Source of the DNA: Granulicella sp.
GTDB lineage: Bacteria; Acidobacteriota; Terriglobia; Terriglobales; Acidobacteriaceae
DNA length: 64,000 nucleotides
Reading direction: 5' to 3'
Assembly: GCA_027339965.1 (NCBI GenBank)
Contig: DAHWNL010000015.1
Span: forward strand, 1 to 64,000
The notes under the pieces: generated by a model
Seen by the model: the letters and a program-made list of their open reading frames with translations, nothing else
Told to the model about the DNA's origin: nothing
Database searches by the model: none
Part shown: positions 1 to 12,093 of the stretch, one piece after another
How the letters are laid out: each line of letters opens with the position of its first letter
How positions within the stretch are numbered: position 1 is the stretch's first letter
Program-made: the position numbers and the translations under genes

Positions 1-4
1 CATC

Positions 5-412
5 ATGTTTGAAGTCACGGTACAGGCCGGATTCTCCTCGGGCCACTACCTCCGCAACTACCACGGAAAGTGCGAGAACCCGCACGGCCACAACTATCGC
101 GTGCTGGTCACGCTGGTTGGTGAAGAACTGGACGAAGCCGGCCTCCTGCTGGACTTCAAACTCCTTAAGCACGTCTTGCGTCCTACCGTCGAATATCTCG
201 ATCACCAGATGATCAATGATCTGGACCCCTTCACCACCCTCAACCCATCGGCGGAAAATCTCGCTCGTTATTTCTATGACAAGACAGCGGCGCAGATGAT
301 GGAGATGACCTCCGGGCGCGTGCGAGTCAAAGACTGCACGCTCTACGAGACTGATACCAGCTTTGCGCGCTACTACGAGTCGTTGGACTGCATCGCCCCA
401 GCGGGGACGTAA
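5..412 (+). CDS. queD: 6-carboxy-5,6,7,8-tetrahydropterin synthase
   Basis: FSSGH...KCENPHGHNY, LDHQMIN, NPSAENLA and LYET motifs; directly upstream of queE. Confidence 0.95.
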   Translation: MFEVTVQAGFSSGHYLRNYHGKCENPHGHNYRVLVTLVGEELDEAGLLLDFKLLKHVLRPTVEYLDHQMINDLDPFTTLNPSAENLARYFYDKTAAQMMEMTSGRVRVKDCTLYETDTSFARYYESLDCIAPAGT

Positions 413-413
413 C

Positions 414-1097
414 ATGCGCCTAATTGAGATCTACAAATCCGTCCAGGGAGAGAGCTCCTTTGCCGGACTGCCCTGCATCTTTGTCCGTCTGGCCGGCTGC
501 AACTTGCGCTGCGCCTGGTGTGACTCCGAGTACACCTTCGGCGCGGGCGAAGCCTTCTCTTCCGCCGAGATTCTGGCCCGCATTGAGGCCCTGGCGCCCT
601 GTCGCCTGATTGAGTTCACGGGCGGAGAGCCCCTGCTCCAGGCCCGCGAGCTGCTGCCGCTCATGGACGAGCTTTTGACCCGCGAGTACACTCTGCTGAT
701 CGAGACCAGCGGAGAGCGGCCGCTGGCCGATTTGCCCTCGGCCGTCCACAAAATCGTGGATGTCAAATGCCCCGGGGCCGGCGCGGCCGCCGATAGCTTT
801 CGCATCGAGAATCTGGCATTCCTCACTCTCAACGACGAGGTAAAGTTTGTCCTCACCAGCCGAGCTGACTACGAGTTCTCCCGCCGGTTCATCCAGACCC
901 ACAACCTCGCCAGCCGTTGTAGTCAGATCCTGCTCTCTCCCGCGTTTCTGAAGAACCCAAGCGAAGAACGCTCGACAGCGAACTGCGCTCTGGACCCGCG
1001 CCTGGTGGTGGAGTGGATGCTCGCCGACGAACTTCCCGCCCGCCTGAGCCTGCAGATTCACAAGTACATCTGGGAGCCGCTGCGCAAGGGCGTGTAA
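414..1097 (+). CDS. queE: 7-carboxy-7-deazaguanine synthase (radical SAM)
   Basis: ATG 1 nt after the queD stop; SVQGE, CNLRCAWCD (CxxxCxxC), TGGEPLLQ, QIHKYI. Confidence 0.93.
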   Translation: MRLIEIYKSVQGESSFAGLPCIFVRLAGCNLRCAWCDSEYTFGAGEAFSSAEILARIEALAPCRLIEFTGGEPLLQARELLPLMDELLTREYTLLIETSGERPLADLPSAVHKIVDVKCPGAGAAADSFRIENLAFLTLNDEVKFVLTSRADYEFSRRFIQTHNLASRCSQILLSPAFLKNPSEERSTANCALDPRLVVEWMLADELPARLSLQIHKYIWEPLRKGV

Positions 1098-1337
1098 CAG
1101 GCGCGGCGCAAGCGCCACCTCGGCGCAGCCTCCCACCCACATCGCCGTCGGCGCTGATATCCGCAGGGATCTCCAACGATCCATCCGCTCGAACCGTTGA
1201 CCGCGAACATTCGGTGTCTCGCCCACTCTGTGACGCCGAGCATGGCCGGCCTTCGCCATTCTACGGAACAGCTTCAGACATCCTTGCCTTGCCCCCTCGT
1301 TCCACCCACCGCGTTCAATTCATCGGGTATTAACGCG

Positions 1338-1395
1338 AATTCAATTTCTGTTCATATGGGACTCACCGCTCGTTCATCAGCGTTGCTTCTAATCT
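1338..1395 (+). promoter_or_regulatory. Pho-box-like (PhoB/OmpR-family) array of four 11-bp direct repeats plus a candidate -10 element
   Basis: ATTCAATTTCT/GTTCATATGGG/ACTCACCGCTC/GTTCATCAGCG starting at 1339, 1350, 1361 and 1372; TCTAAT (1388) or TAATCT (1390) follows. Confidence 0.6.
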
Positions 1396-1818
1396 TCTCC
1401 AGGAAGATCGCTTTTGTGGAGTACCGCCAATCCAAGTCTCTCTCCAAACCAATCCAACTCCTCCATCGCGCAGGACATGGGTGCAGCTTCCTCCACTCTC
1501 GCGTAAGGAACTGTTGCACATAGACCCGTCCGATTGCGCTGCAGGCAGATTCCTCCCTCCGCATTCGCGAAGATGTGCGCTCCATGCTGTTGGACCGATA
1601 GAGCCCGGCCCTCCGCAGAGCCGCGGTCGCCAATCCCGGCTGGCTCTGATCACCAAGGCTGTTCGTCGAGTCTCCTCGGTCCGTCCCAACCTCTCCATTT
1701 CAATCGACTCGCCGAGGCTCGCGAGTCCAAGCAGCTACTCCTGCTCGGCGTCGAGATTGTCGAGCGGCCCGCACCAACCAAGACTCACTCAAGATCACTC
1801 ACCCTTTCGGAGGAAATA

Positions 1819-4554
1819 ATGAAGCGCAGCCCCATCCTCGCGCACGTACTCGTCACGTTCTTTTTCTTCACGATGAGCTGTCTCGGCATCGCCGAGGACG
1901 TGTCCGGGATTCAAGGTAAGATCCTCGACGCATCCGGTGCCGCCGTCTCTCGCGCCGCAGTGACGCTCACAGACCTGACCACGGGCAGAGCCGTTCATAC
2001 CATCTCCCTGAATAACGGAGAGTTCAACTTCCCTGGAGTCTCACCGGATCCCCAGATTCTCAGCATTGTCAAGTCCGGATTCGAGAACTACACCGAGCGC
2101 GTGCCCGCCGGCATCCACTTCATCAGCGCGTCACTCAAGGTTGCTTCACTCAGCGCCGGGGTTGTCGTGCTCGGCACCGTAGATCCCGAAGCCACGCCAG
2201 TGCCCACCCGCGATGACGTGATGCTGATTCCGGATACCGTCCGCGTCCTTGATCGCAAGCAGCTCGACATCGCCGGTCCGGTCGCCGGCGGTGCACAGAT
2301 GCTCGCCGCCTCACCCGGAGCCAACATCGTCGGTTACGGTAATACCGGCGCGACCAAATACACCGTCATGCTCAACGGCGTCCAGCAGGGTTGGGCCGGA
2401 GAATCTACCGGCTTCACGGGCGCGGGCTCGCTCGGCATCACCTACGACGGCATTCCTGTCGCCGATCCGGCGACCGGCCTGTGGCAATCCGCCACCATGC
2501 CCCAGAACCTGATCATCCAGGATATCTCCTCCACCTACGGTCCTGGCGAAGCCGCCGACCGCGGCTATCTTGATGTTGGCGGCCGCGTGGAGTTTACGCC
2601 CATCCAACCCACGGAAGAACCTCACCTCGCCGTCGCCCTCTCTGACGGCCCGTGGGGCCAGCAGAACTTCGCCCTCGTTGGCAACACCGGCGACTTCAAG
2701 GGATGGTCCACCGTCCTGGGCGGCGGCCTGAGCCGTGGCGACGACTACCTTCAGGGTCCTGACGGCTTCGGCAACCACTCCCAAAGCGGCTCCGTCTACG
2801 GCAAGACCATCAAAAACTTCCGCGCCGGCAGCGTAGCCTGGGGAGTCTTCTACTCCAAAGCCGGGGGCTATCGTCCCACCGTCATCCCCACCACCGACGT
2901 GGGCCTTGTCGAACCCGGTTCTGGCCTTCACTTTAGTGAACAGACCAGCGGCTTCTACGGCGTCCTTCCCTTCGCCGACTACAACAAGTACGACAGAAAT
3001 GAGATGTTCATGACCTACGGCCGGGAGCGCATGAACCTCAGTCCCAACAGCTCGCTGGAGAACACCACATGGTTCACCCAGATCCGGCGCTTCCACGGCC
3101 GCAACGCCGACGCTCTGGATAACGGCGCTCAGGTGGATGAGTGGAACAATCCCCATAGTGAAATGTTTGGCGACCGTGCCGGATTTACCCAGGTCCTCCC
3201 CTACAATACCGTCCAATTCGGCGGCTACTTGATCAGCGAGATCTACAACACGCGTAACATCTTCTACAACCCCACCGACGGTGGCTCCGGCTCCAAACAG
3301 ATCGTTGGACTCGGCTCCAAGTTCCGTTCCGGCTACTTCCAGCAGGATGATGTCGCCTTTTACGCGCAGGACGACTTCCATCCCACCCCGCGCATCCACA
3401 TCATTCCCGGAGTTCGCGTCGTCGGCTTCTCCACCAGCTACAGCGATCAGGCGGCGCGCGACTTCACCTTCGCTCCAGGTACCTACTTCGCTCAGAGTGC
3501 CAACGGCTCAGCCACCGCGACGCCCTACCCCGTGTATGGGACTCACTGTGCGCTCTACCCCCAGGGCAATGGCGAGGATCCTTACCACAACATCTTCGGT
3601 ACCCCAACCTCAGCCTCCGACGGCAGCACCGCCAAGGATCAGGGCTCACAGTGCGGCGCGCATGAGTCCCGCTCGGGAGTCGAGCCTGACATCGATGCTT
3701 CCTACACGCCCGTCGACTGGCTCACCATCTATGGCGGTTATGACGTCACCTACCGGGCTCCATCCCTGGGCGGTGGCGGCGGCCAGTTCCAGAGCGTCGA
3801 TCCCCAGTACTATACCCTCGCCAAGGGCGCTTACTCGCAGGTCGGCGCCAAGATCCACTTCCCCGCTGCTCCGTTCCTGCGTAACTTCATCGCCGGCGCG
3901 GACTACTTCCACCTCACCTACTCCAATCAGGAGATCGACTTTGAAACCGCGCTCGGCGTAGAAGAGTCGGGCGGCGGCACGTCCGCAAATCACGGTGTCG
4001 ACGCTTTCTTTGACGCCGACCCCCGCAGCAACATCCACATCATGGTCAACTTCGCCGCTGAGGCCGCCAACTACACCAACTACATCGAGGGCGGACCCAG
4101 CCTAGCGGAGTGCGCCGCGCAAGGTCTCTCCTGCAGCTCGTACAACAACCTGCCCGTCTCCTACGTCCCCAAGGTGACCTTCAACGCCGCCGTCTATTAT
4201 GGAATCCGTCACAACGAGCGCGTCATCATCGAGCCCCGCTTCTGGGTCTCAACCATCGGCACGCAGTACATCTGGTCGAACAACACCGCTCTGCCCACCA
4301 ACACCACCCTGCCGGCCTACACCACTGTCAATCTCGCCTTCAACGCCCCCATCGTCTTTCACAAGCAATCCTTCAGCCTGCGGGTGGACATGTTGAACCT
4401 GGCTAACAAGGAGTACAACCAGTTCGCCTACATCTCCAGTGGTGGCTACTTCGCCTCGCTTACCCCACAGGGCAGCACCGCTCCCAGTGGCTACATAAAC
4501 GCCTACCCGGGCGCGCCACGCTCCATCTACGGCACGCTCACCTATCAGTTCTGA
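1819..4554 (+). CDS. TonB-dependent outer-membrane receptor with N-terminal carboxypeptidase-regulatory-like domain
   Basis: GGAGG RBS before ATG 1819; signal peptide; G-x-I-x-D-x-SGAAV N-domain; plug-like region; NLANKEY; barrel terminus GTLTYQF. Confidence 0.9.
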   Translation: MKRSPILAHVLVTFFFFTMSCLGIAEDVSGIQGKILDASGAAVSRAAVTLTDLTTGRAVHTISLNNGEFNFPGVSPDPQILSIVKSGFENYTERVPAGIHFISASLKVASLSAGVVVLGTVDPEATPVPTRDDVMLIPDTVRVLDRKQLDIAGPVAGGAQMLAASPGANIVGYGNTGATKYTVMLNGVQQGWAGESTGFTGAGSLGITYDGIPVADPATGLWQSATMPQNLIIQDISSTYGPGEAADRGYLDVGGRVEFTPIQPTEEPHLAVALSDGPWGQQNFALVGNTGDFKGWSTVLGGGLSRGDDYLQGPDGFGNHSQSGSVYGKTIKNFRAGSVAWGVFYSKAGGYRPTVIPTTDVGLVEPGSGLHFSEQTSGFYGVLPFADYNKYDRNEMFMTYGRERMNLSPNSSLENTTWFTQIRRFHGRNADALDNGAQVDEWNNPHSEMFGDRAGFTQVLPYNTVQFGGYLISEIYNTRNIFYNPTDGGSGSKQIVGLGSKFRSGYFQQDDVAFYAQDDFHPTPRIHIIPGVRVVGFSTSYSDQAARDFTFAPGTYFAQSANGSATATPYPVYGTHCALYPQGNGEDPYHNIFGTPTSASDGSTAKDQGSQCGAHESRSGVEPDIDASYTPVDWLTIYGGYDVTYRAPSLGGGGGQFQSVDPQYYTLAKGAYSQVGAKIHFPAAPFLRNFIAGADYFHLTYSNQEIDFETALGVEESGGGTSANHGVDAFFDADPRSNIHIMVNFAAEAANYTNYIEGGPSLAECAAQGLSCSSYNNLPVSYVPKVTFNAAVYYGIRHNERVIIEPRFWVSTIGTQYIWSNNTALPTNTTLPAYTTVNLAFNAPIVFHKQSFSLRVDMLNLANKEYNQFAYISSGGYFASLTPQGSTAPSGYINAYPGAPRSIYGTLTYQF

Positions 4555-4629
4555 CTCCATCCCTTGCCCGTTGCTCGTTACCCAATCGTCGGCTGTTGCT
4601 ACTTGTACCGGCGAAGCCTTCGAGCCACT

Positions 4630-4661
4630 CGCGGAGCGTCCTCACCGAAGGACGCTCCGCG
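4630..4661. terminator. 13-bp stem hairpin between the convergent TBDR and gndA genes
   Basis: CGCGGAGCGTCCT-caccga-AGGACGCTCCGCG; no clear U-tract. Confidence 0.5.
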
Positions 4662-4901
4662 CTCCACCCTCCGGCCTGCGTCCTGCTGCGCCGACAGCAA
4701 TTTCGTGCTCTGACGCGGCCCTCCCTTCGATGTGTTCAACCGGAAGCAGCGGTGGGAAGCACATTCAGAACGAATGCATCTTTCCGGGAACTGCCTTAAG
4801 CAGTGGGGCTGCGGGCCGAATCGCTTTGGCCCTGACAGCAACAGAAGGATTCGGCCCGCAGCGGTGGGGGATTGTGAAACTGCTGGAAGCGCAGACAACC
4901 T

Positions 4902-6362
4902 CTACGCGTTATAGGTCGAAGAAGAGACGCGGCCTCCGTGCCCAGTCCAATTGGTGTGGAAGAACTCGCCGCGAGGCTTGTCGACCCGCTCATAAGTGTG
5001 CGCTCCAAAGAAATCGCGTTGCGCCTGAAGCAGGTTGGCGGGTAGCCGCGCAGTACGGAAGCCATCGTAGAAGCTGAGCCCCGCCGAAAGAGCCGGCGTC
5101 GGAACGCCCAGTTCAATGGCCTGAATGATCGCTTTGCGCCAGTCTGCCTGATACTTGTTCAGGGCGCTGGAGAAGAACTCATCCAAAAGCAGGTTCGTCA
5201 GCTCTGGATTCTTATCATAGGCGGCCTTAATATTGCCCAGGAACACGCTGCGGATGATGCAGCCGCCGCGCCACATCAGCGCGATGCCACCCATATTCAG
5301 CTTCCACCCGAACTCCTTCTCCGCTGCGCGCAGCAGCATGTAGCCCTGAGCGTAGCTGACCATCTTGGCACAGTAGAGCGCCCGGCGCACGGTTTCAATA
5401 AAGGCGGAGCGCTCCGCGGTGGTCTTTTGCGGCCTGGGGCCTTGCAGTACCTTGGAGGCCTGCACGCGATCATCCTTAAGCGCCGAGAGGCAGCGCGCAA
5501 ACACGCTCTCGCCGATCAAGGTCACCGGCATGGCCAGATCCAGCGCCGAGATGGCGGTCCACTTACCGGTGCCCTTCTGTCCGGCCGTGTCCAGAATCTT
5601 TTCGAGCAGCGGAGATCCATCTTCGTCTTTCTTGGCGAAGATTGTCTTGGAGATCTCAATCAGGTAGCTATCCAACTCGCCCTTGTTCCACTCTCCAAAG
5701 ACCTGGGCAAGCTCGTCGCCGCTGAGCCCCAGGCCATCCCGAAGCAACTGATAGACCTCGCCGATCAACTGAATATCCCCGTATTCGATGCCGTTATGCA
5801 CCATCTTGACGTAGTGGCCGGCTCCTTCTTGGCCCACCCAGTCGCAGCACGGCGATCCGTCTTCCACCTTGGCCGCGATCGCCTGGAAGATCGGCTTGAC
5901 GTGCGGCCAGGCTGCCGGATCTCCCCCAGGCATGATCGAAGGGCCAAAGCGCGCCCCGTCTTCCCCGCCCGAGACGCCAGTACCGATGAACAGAATGCCC
6001 TTGGCCGCAAGTTCCCTGGTCCTGCGATTGGAGTCCGTAAACAGAGAGTTGCCGCCATCGATGATGATGTCTCCCTCTTCCAGGTAGGGAAGAATCTGTT
6101 CGATGTTCTGGTCCACAACGCTGCCGGCCTTGACCATGATCATCACCCGGCGCGGCCGCTTCAAAAGGCTGCAAAGCTCTTCGATCGAATGGGCACCCTC
6201 AATCTGCGTTCCCTTTGCTTCCTGATTGAGAAAGTCATCGACCTTGCTGACAGTGCGATTAAAGACCGCCACCTTGAATCCATGGTCGTTCATGTTCAGA
6301 ACAAGGTTCTGACCCATGACAGCCAGCCCAATCAACCCAATATCACAGCTTCCCTTCGACAT
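4902..6362 (-). CDS. gndA: NADP-dependent decarboxylating 6-phosphogluconate dehydrogenase
   Basis: GLAVMG, VSGGEDGA, HYVKMVHNGIEYG, QKGTGKWT, QAQRDFFGAHTYER. Confidence 0.98.
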   Translation of the reverse strand: MSKGSCDIGLIGLAVMGQNLVLNMNDHGFKVAVFNRTVSKVDDFLNQEAKGTQIEGAHSIEELCSLLKRPRRVMIMVKAGSVVDQNIEQILPYLEEGDIIIDGGNSLFTDSNRRTRELAAKGILFIGTGVSGGEDGARFGPSIMPGGDPAAWPHVKPIFQAIAAKVEDGSPCCDWVGQEGAGHYVKMVHNGIEYGDIQLIGEVYQLLRDGLGLSGDELAQVFGEWNKGELDSYLIEISKTIFAKKDEDGSPLLEKILDTAGQKGTGKWTAISALDLAMPVTLIGESVFARCLSALKDDRVQASKVLQGPRPQKTTAERSAFIETVRRALYCAKMVSYAQGYMLLRAAEKEFGWKLNMGGIALMWRGGCIIRSVFLGNIKAAYDKNPELTNLLLDEFFSSALNKYQADWRKAIIQAIELGVPTPALSAGLSFYDGFRTARLPANLLQAQRDFFGAHTYERVDKPRGEFFHTNWTGHGGRVSSSTYNA

Positions 6363-6778
6363 GAATCTTCTCCATTTTCGTAATGCGGCAACTCGTCGCC
6401 TTTTGGTTCGGCATCACGGCACGATGCCATGATCCGGCTCTTGGTTAGATGTACAAAGTCCCGCTGATGGAAGACAGCTCACCCCGACTGGCCGGCGGTG
6501 GTTTTCCTCTCCGTCGGAACGCGCACGGCAAAAGGGCAAGTTCAGAGGCTCCGACCCATTCTTATCATAGATATTCCCCTTGACTCCGGTGACGAGACGC
6601 ACTGCGCTGCGGAGCAACTCAGGATCTTTTCCGAGGGTATCCCTCCTCCTGGGCTCCACAGGCAATTGGATCCGGCATCGCAAAAAGGAAAAGGGCCAGA
6701 TATTACAATCTTGGCAGGAGTTTCAAGCAGCCGAGCTCATCCCCCCAATGGCGGCGGCAGCGCCGGAGAGAGCATACC

Positions 6779-7864
<1,086 letters not shown>

Positions 7865-8619
7865 CGCAGGAACCAGCACCTTGGCGGGCTGGCTGCGCAG
7901 CAGCGGTGCCTGCCGGCTTACCGCTTCCAGATGAAAAGTCACCGAGCCATCCTGGTCCGGCAACGCGCCGGATACGTAATAGCGATCGGCTGAGATACGG
8001 CCCAGCCAGTTCTGTCTTCGCTTCGTTACCGCGAACAAATCGTAGAAGGCGATTTGCTGATCCGGCGTCCAGCGCAAGCGCACCTCGACGCTGCCACGCA
8101 ACTCGTCTCTTTGATGTGCTTCGACCACAAGCCCTTGCGGAACACTCGGCCGGTCGCCGGCGGCGGACGCCCCCAGGTAAATCTCTCCCAGCCTGACGTC
8201 GATCGAAAAATCGCCCGGACCACTACCGCTGAAGCCGGTCAGCAACGTCTCCAGTGTTCTCCCGCGGTACGCACCTAGTTTGAGCGTCGAACGCGTCCAT
8301 CCGCCCCCCGCGTGGGTGTGCTCTCCGGCGCCGGACTTCGCTAGCGGCATCCATTCAATGGTCTCAGGAGCATCTTCAAAGATCATGCCGATCTCGAGAT
8401 TGTGGCGAAGACTCGCCGCGCCATGCCATACCAGTTGGAGCGAAGAGACCTCTTCCTCCAGCACGACTCTCATCTTGTAGAGCCGCAGTGCGACCCCGCC
8501 ACCGGCCGGGATGTTCCCTTGCACACGCAGGCATGAACCTCCTTCAAAGGCCAGATCATGGTCGTACCTGATTGAGAGTGGCGCAACGTAGGGGGCTTTG
8601 CGGCCGATGGCTCCGCTTT

Positions 8620-8649
8620 TCGGCTCCATCCACCTCGGCTCCATCCACC
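8620..8649. repeat. 15-bp perfect tandem duplication inside GH85 (WMEPR/WMEPK)
   Basis: TCGGCTCCATCCACC x2. Confidence 0.85.
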
Positions 8650-10704
8650 ACTGCCATGTCGGCAGAACATCCTGGATGCCCATGTTGAACCAGGGAGTGT
8701 CGCTCACCTTCTTGCCGGCCAGGAAAAATGCGTTGCCCGCTCCGGTATTGAAGCGCGAGACAAAGGGCGCCGAACCGATGACAGAGCGCTCCGCGATGAA
8801 GTTCGCCACGCCATAGGTGATCGGCAACCGAATCTGGTCAGTGGAACGCGGGAAGCCCGGGTGGTACCCCGAATAGCGACGCGTACCGGCCGCCGTCGTT
8901 GCATAAACGCGCGCCTGGGCCTCTGTAGGTCCATTATCGAGCGCAGGGTTCCCCGATTGCCCACTGAAGAAATTGCGTTCCAGCGAATAGAAGTCCGCCT
9001 GCAACGATGAGTGGTGAGCTGCGCCCTGTTCCGCCTGGAAGACGGCCAAAGCATGCAAACCATCATCCCAGCTATAAATCTGCAGTCCGCCATAGGCAAA
9101 GCCGCCGTTGGGTTGAATCACGGAAGGCGCGGCCAAGCCGAGATAGCCTGGGCCGGGATAGAGTTGAAAGCCGAAAAAGGCCGAAGAGTCTGGTTCAAAT
9201 CCATGGGCCTTGCAATATTGAGCTACCGCCGCAGGTGAAACAGGCGCTCCGGAGCAGCAGCCATGAGTCATCGAATAGCCGCTCCATCCCTGGTCCAGCA
9301 TGGCGCTGTTGGCAAACGAACCTTCGATCCCTTTCTCTGCGTCGGCAGCGCGCGGAGGCAACAGTTGCTTCATATCTGAACTGCCGTCGTAGAACTGGAT
9401 GTAGAAATCCCGCTTGCCCCGTCTTTTAGCCTCATCTCGCATGAGTGCGATCAGTTCCAGCACCTGCTGGTGTTGCGCTGCCGTCCCGTTCTCAAAGTTG
9501 ACGAAGTATCCATCAAACCCGAAGTATAGGGCCAGCGATACAAACTTGGCCGCGACCGTCTTACGCGGCGCCGCGCTCTCATCGTATATGCGGTGATCCG
9601 GCTGGAAGATGGTGCCCAGGCAAAGAGCTCCATTGCGATGCGCGGCATCCGTCAAAGCAGGATTGGGAATTATGCCGGGACCGCTCCAACTGACGAGGAT
9701 GTCGTGACATCCAACCATGCGCGAGATGAACACACCATCCTTGGGAGGCGTCCCATAACGCTGCGTCTTGTAGGAGTCGTCTGCCTCGGGGCCCAGAGTG
9801 CGGTAGCATCCGGTTAAGCTGGCAAGCTGTGGCTTAGCGCTCAGACGCGGCTGCGCCTGGGTCAGCGCAAAGGGCGGGATGGTGGTCTGCCGGGTCACGA
9901 AGGACCGGAAGTAGGCGGCGTCTGGATCCTCCTCTGGCTCATAGGCGAGCAGTGCGGCAACGCGATCAGGCGACGGCGCCGTGAGAGGAAATCGAGGAAG
10001 CAACGGCTGGAAGCCGGACTGCGTACCCGCATGAACAGCGCGGGCAAAACGCAACCGCAGTAGAGCGGCCCCCGCAAGCAGAGAGAAATGTCTCCGTGTC
10101 CAGAGGCCGGGGATGGTCGCTCGTTTTGTTTCCCGCAAGATGAAGAACCCTTTCCATCGAATGACGTCACTGGTTCAGGCTGCGGCGAGCGCTTTGGTAA
10201 GTGTGCGACAACCGGGCGGAGCGCTCTGGAGAACCACCCGACGGGATGCTCTGCACCGCTTTTCTTTGGCGCCGGCCTGGGAAGAAAGAAGTTCTATTGG
10301 TATGACTGGGCACCGGTTGCTTGCCGCAAGCATCGTCTCTCGCGCTCATCACGCTTCCGCGGTCGGCAGAACTGCTTCTTGCTTTGCCGGAACCTGCGCG
10401 CTCCAGTGGAAGTATACCGCGCAGGGCTGTTGCGCTCCCTGCATGCGGTTTTCCCATCTTGGGACGGCGGGCCGAGCCGAGATTCATGGACTTGGTCCGG
10501 TCCCGGAGCAAGAGCCGCTTCATCCCCACATACGGTTCGCGAGTCCGGCAGGTAGCCGCCAAGAGCCGCGGAGCTTTCGTCTATCGGGCCCTGTTCGCAA
10601 CTTCACGTCGCGAGTGTTGTATAAAAGGAATCTCAGGGAGCGGCGGACTGCTCCCCTGCCTGCCTCAGGCCGCACGCCTCACTCCCTATAAACTGGATAT
10701 ACTC

Positions 10705-11739
10705 ATGCGCCGATCCTTTTTCGCCGCCGGATTCAGCCTGTTAGCTTTGTGTGCATCGCTGGCTCCGGCGCAAACGACCAATATCTCAGCCCTACCCAGC
10801 TTCTCCTTTCCGTTGGCGCAGAGCCAGAGTTCCTCCGCGGAAGCTTCACCCGTGGAATGGAGCTTCACTGCGAGTCAAACTTCCGCGGGCGCTTCCACGG
10901 CAAACCCGGCAGCGGCCTCGCCAAATCCGCTGGTTCAAAGCGGAGAGCCCATCTGCGGAATCTCCCATCTGGTTCGCTGTTTCGAGGATCTCGGCAAAGA
11001 CGATGAGGGGATCTTCTCCAGTCCATTCCACATCAAGCCGCGAGATGCCTATTGGCTGACGCCGCTGAGCGCCTCTACAGGACTGGCCTTCGCTTATGAC
11101 CGGGATGCGGAACAGGCGGCTGGCGTGGACCTCAACCGCACCAGAATCGCCAACGACATCGCCAACTTTGGTTCCTACTATGCCACTGGACTCGGGGGCG
11201 CGGGAGTCTACTTCCTCGGGCTCGCGGACAAGAATCCAAAGTTGGCGGAGACCGGGAGGCTGGTTGCCGAGGCGGTGATTGACTCGGCGACTGTAACCGC
11301 CGCCTTGAAGATCGTCAGCAACCGGCAGCGGCCTTTGCAGGGGAACGGACATGGCAACTTCTGGGCCGATGGAACCAATCACTGGGAGTTTGACTCCTCA
11401 TTCCCTTCCGACCATGCGTCGTCTTCGATGGCTATGGCCCGCGTCGTCTCCGGAGAGTATCCGCACTGGTACGTGATGGTCCCGGCCTACGGATTCGTGG
11501 AAGCCGTAAGCATCTCCCGTCTGCTGGCCAACCAGCACTTTCCCTCGGACATCGTTGTCGGTCAGGCTGTAGGCTTTCTCACGGCCACCTATGTGCTCAA
11601 CCACCACGCCTTGTACCGCCCGGGAAAGAAGGGCCTGGTGGACCGGCTGCTCAGTACGGTCACTCCTGTGGCAAATGCTCAATCCAGAACGTTTGGTGCT
11701 TCCATGCGGATCCCGATTACGATCTTCCAGGGGCGCTGA
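10705..11739 (+). CDS. PAP2-family phosphatase with signal peptide
   Basis: K...RQRP, SFPSDH and SRLLANQHFPSD motifs; MRRSFFAAGFSLLAL leader. Confidence 0.85.
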   Translation: MRRSFFAAGFSLLALCASLAPAQTTNISALPSFSFPLAQSQSSSAEASPVEWSFTASQTSAGASTANPAAASPNPLVQSGEPICGISHLVRCFEDLGKDDEGIFSSPFHIKPRDAYWLTPLSASTGLAFAYDRDAEQAAGVDLNRTRIANDIANFGSYYATGLGGAGVYFLGLADKNPKLAETGRLVAEAVIDSATVTAALKIVSNRQRPLQGNGHGNFWADGTNHWEFDSSFPSDHASSSMAMARVVSGEYPHWYVMVPAYGFVEAVSISRLLANQHFPSDIVVGQAVGFLTATYVLNHHALYRPGKKGLVDRLLSTVTPVANAQSRTFGASMRIPITIFQGR

Positions 11740-11768
11740 GCAACTCGAAACAGCGCTCCTGGAGAGTG

Positions 11769-11810
11769 GAAAGATCGAGGCCGGCGCATGAAAGATCGAG
11801 GCCGGCGCAT
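11769..11810. repeat. 21-bp perfect tandem duplication downstream of the PAP2 gene
   Basis: GAAAGATCGAGGCCGGCGCAT x2. Confidence 0.9.
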
Positions 11811-12093
11811 GGAAGCGAGGGCAAACCTCGGGCGCCGACTCCGTCCCCGGCATCGGCTACTTCGACGGTTAATCTCGCCGTTCGGTCCTGATCCTCCGTC
11901 TAGAAAAAATGAGGAAGAAGCAATCATGCAGGCATGGACGAGTCAAGGAAGCATCTGACGAAGTCGGGATGGACCGGCATCCGGAAGATGCAAGCGTTCC
12001 CTGGCTGGGGCACACACCCCAATCTCCTGGCAAGAGATCCAACCCGAAGCTTTCTTGGCGTATATTTGGAAGAAATTCACAAGGAGGGGCCCT

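Noticed and set aside
5..1097. queD/queE/queC as a 7-deazaguanine DNA-modification (dpd) island
   Set aside because: No dpdA/tgt-like or restriction genes nearby; the context fits ordinary queuosine synthesis
4735..4760. GGAAGCAGC resembling SRP RNA domain IV
   Set aside because: The upstream CAGG-CC-GGAA-GG element and the long hairpin are missing
6500..6778. Cobalamin or NiCo riboswitch upstream of NiCoT
   Set aside because: No B12-box (GCCACTG...GGGAAG) or NiCo junction motifs seen
10139..10704. Several 130-190-aa ORFs between GH85 and PAP2
   Set aside because: Arg/Ser/Pro-rich, mutually overlapping and motif-free; treated as a divergent intergenic region
11815..11880. GGCAAACC as a c-di-GMP-I riboswitch before the pilD-like gene
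   Set aside because: It forms a simple local hairpin and lacks the GNRA stem, GCAAAG and CUAA elements
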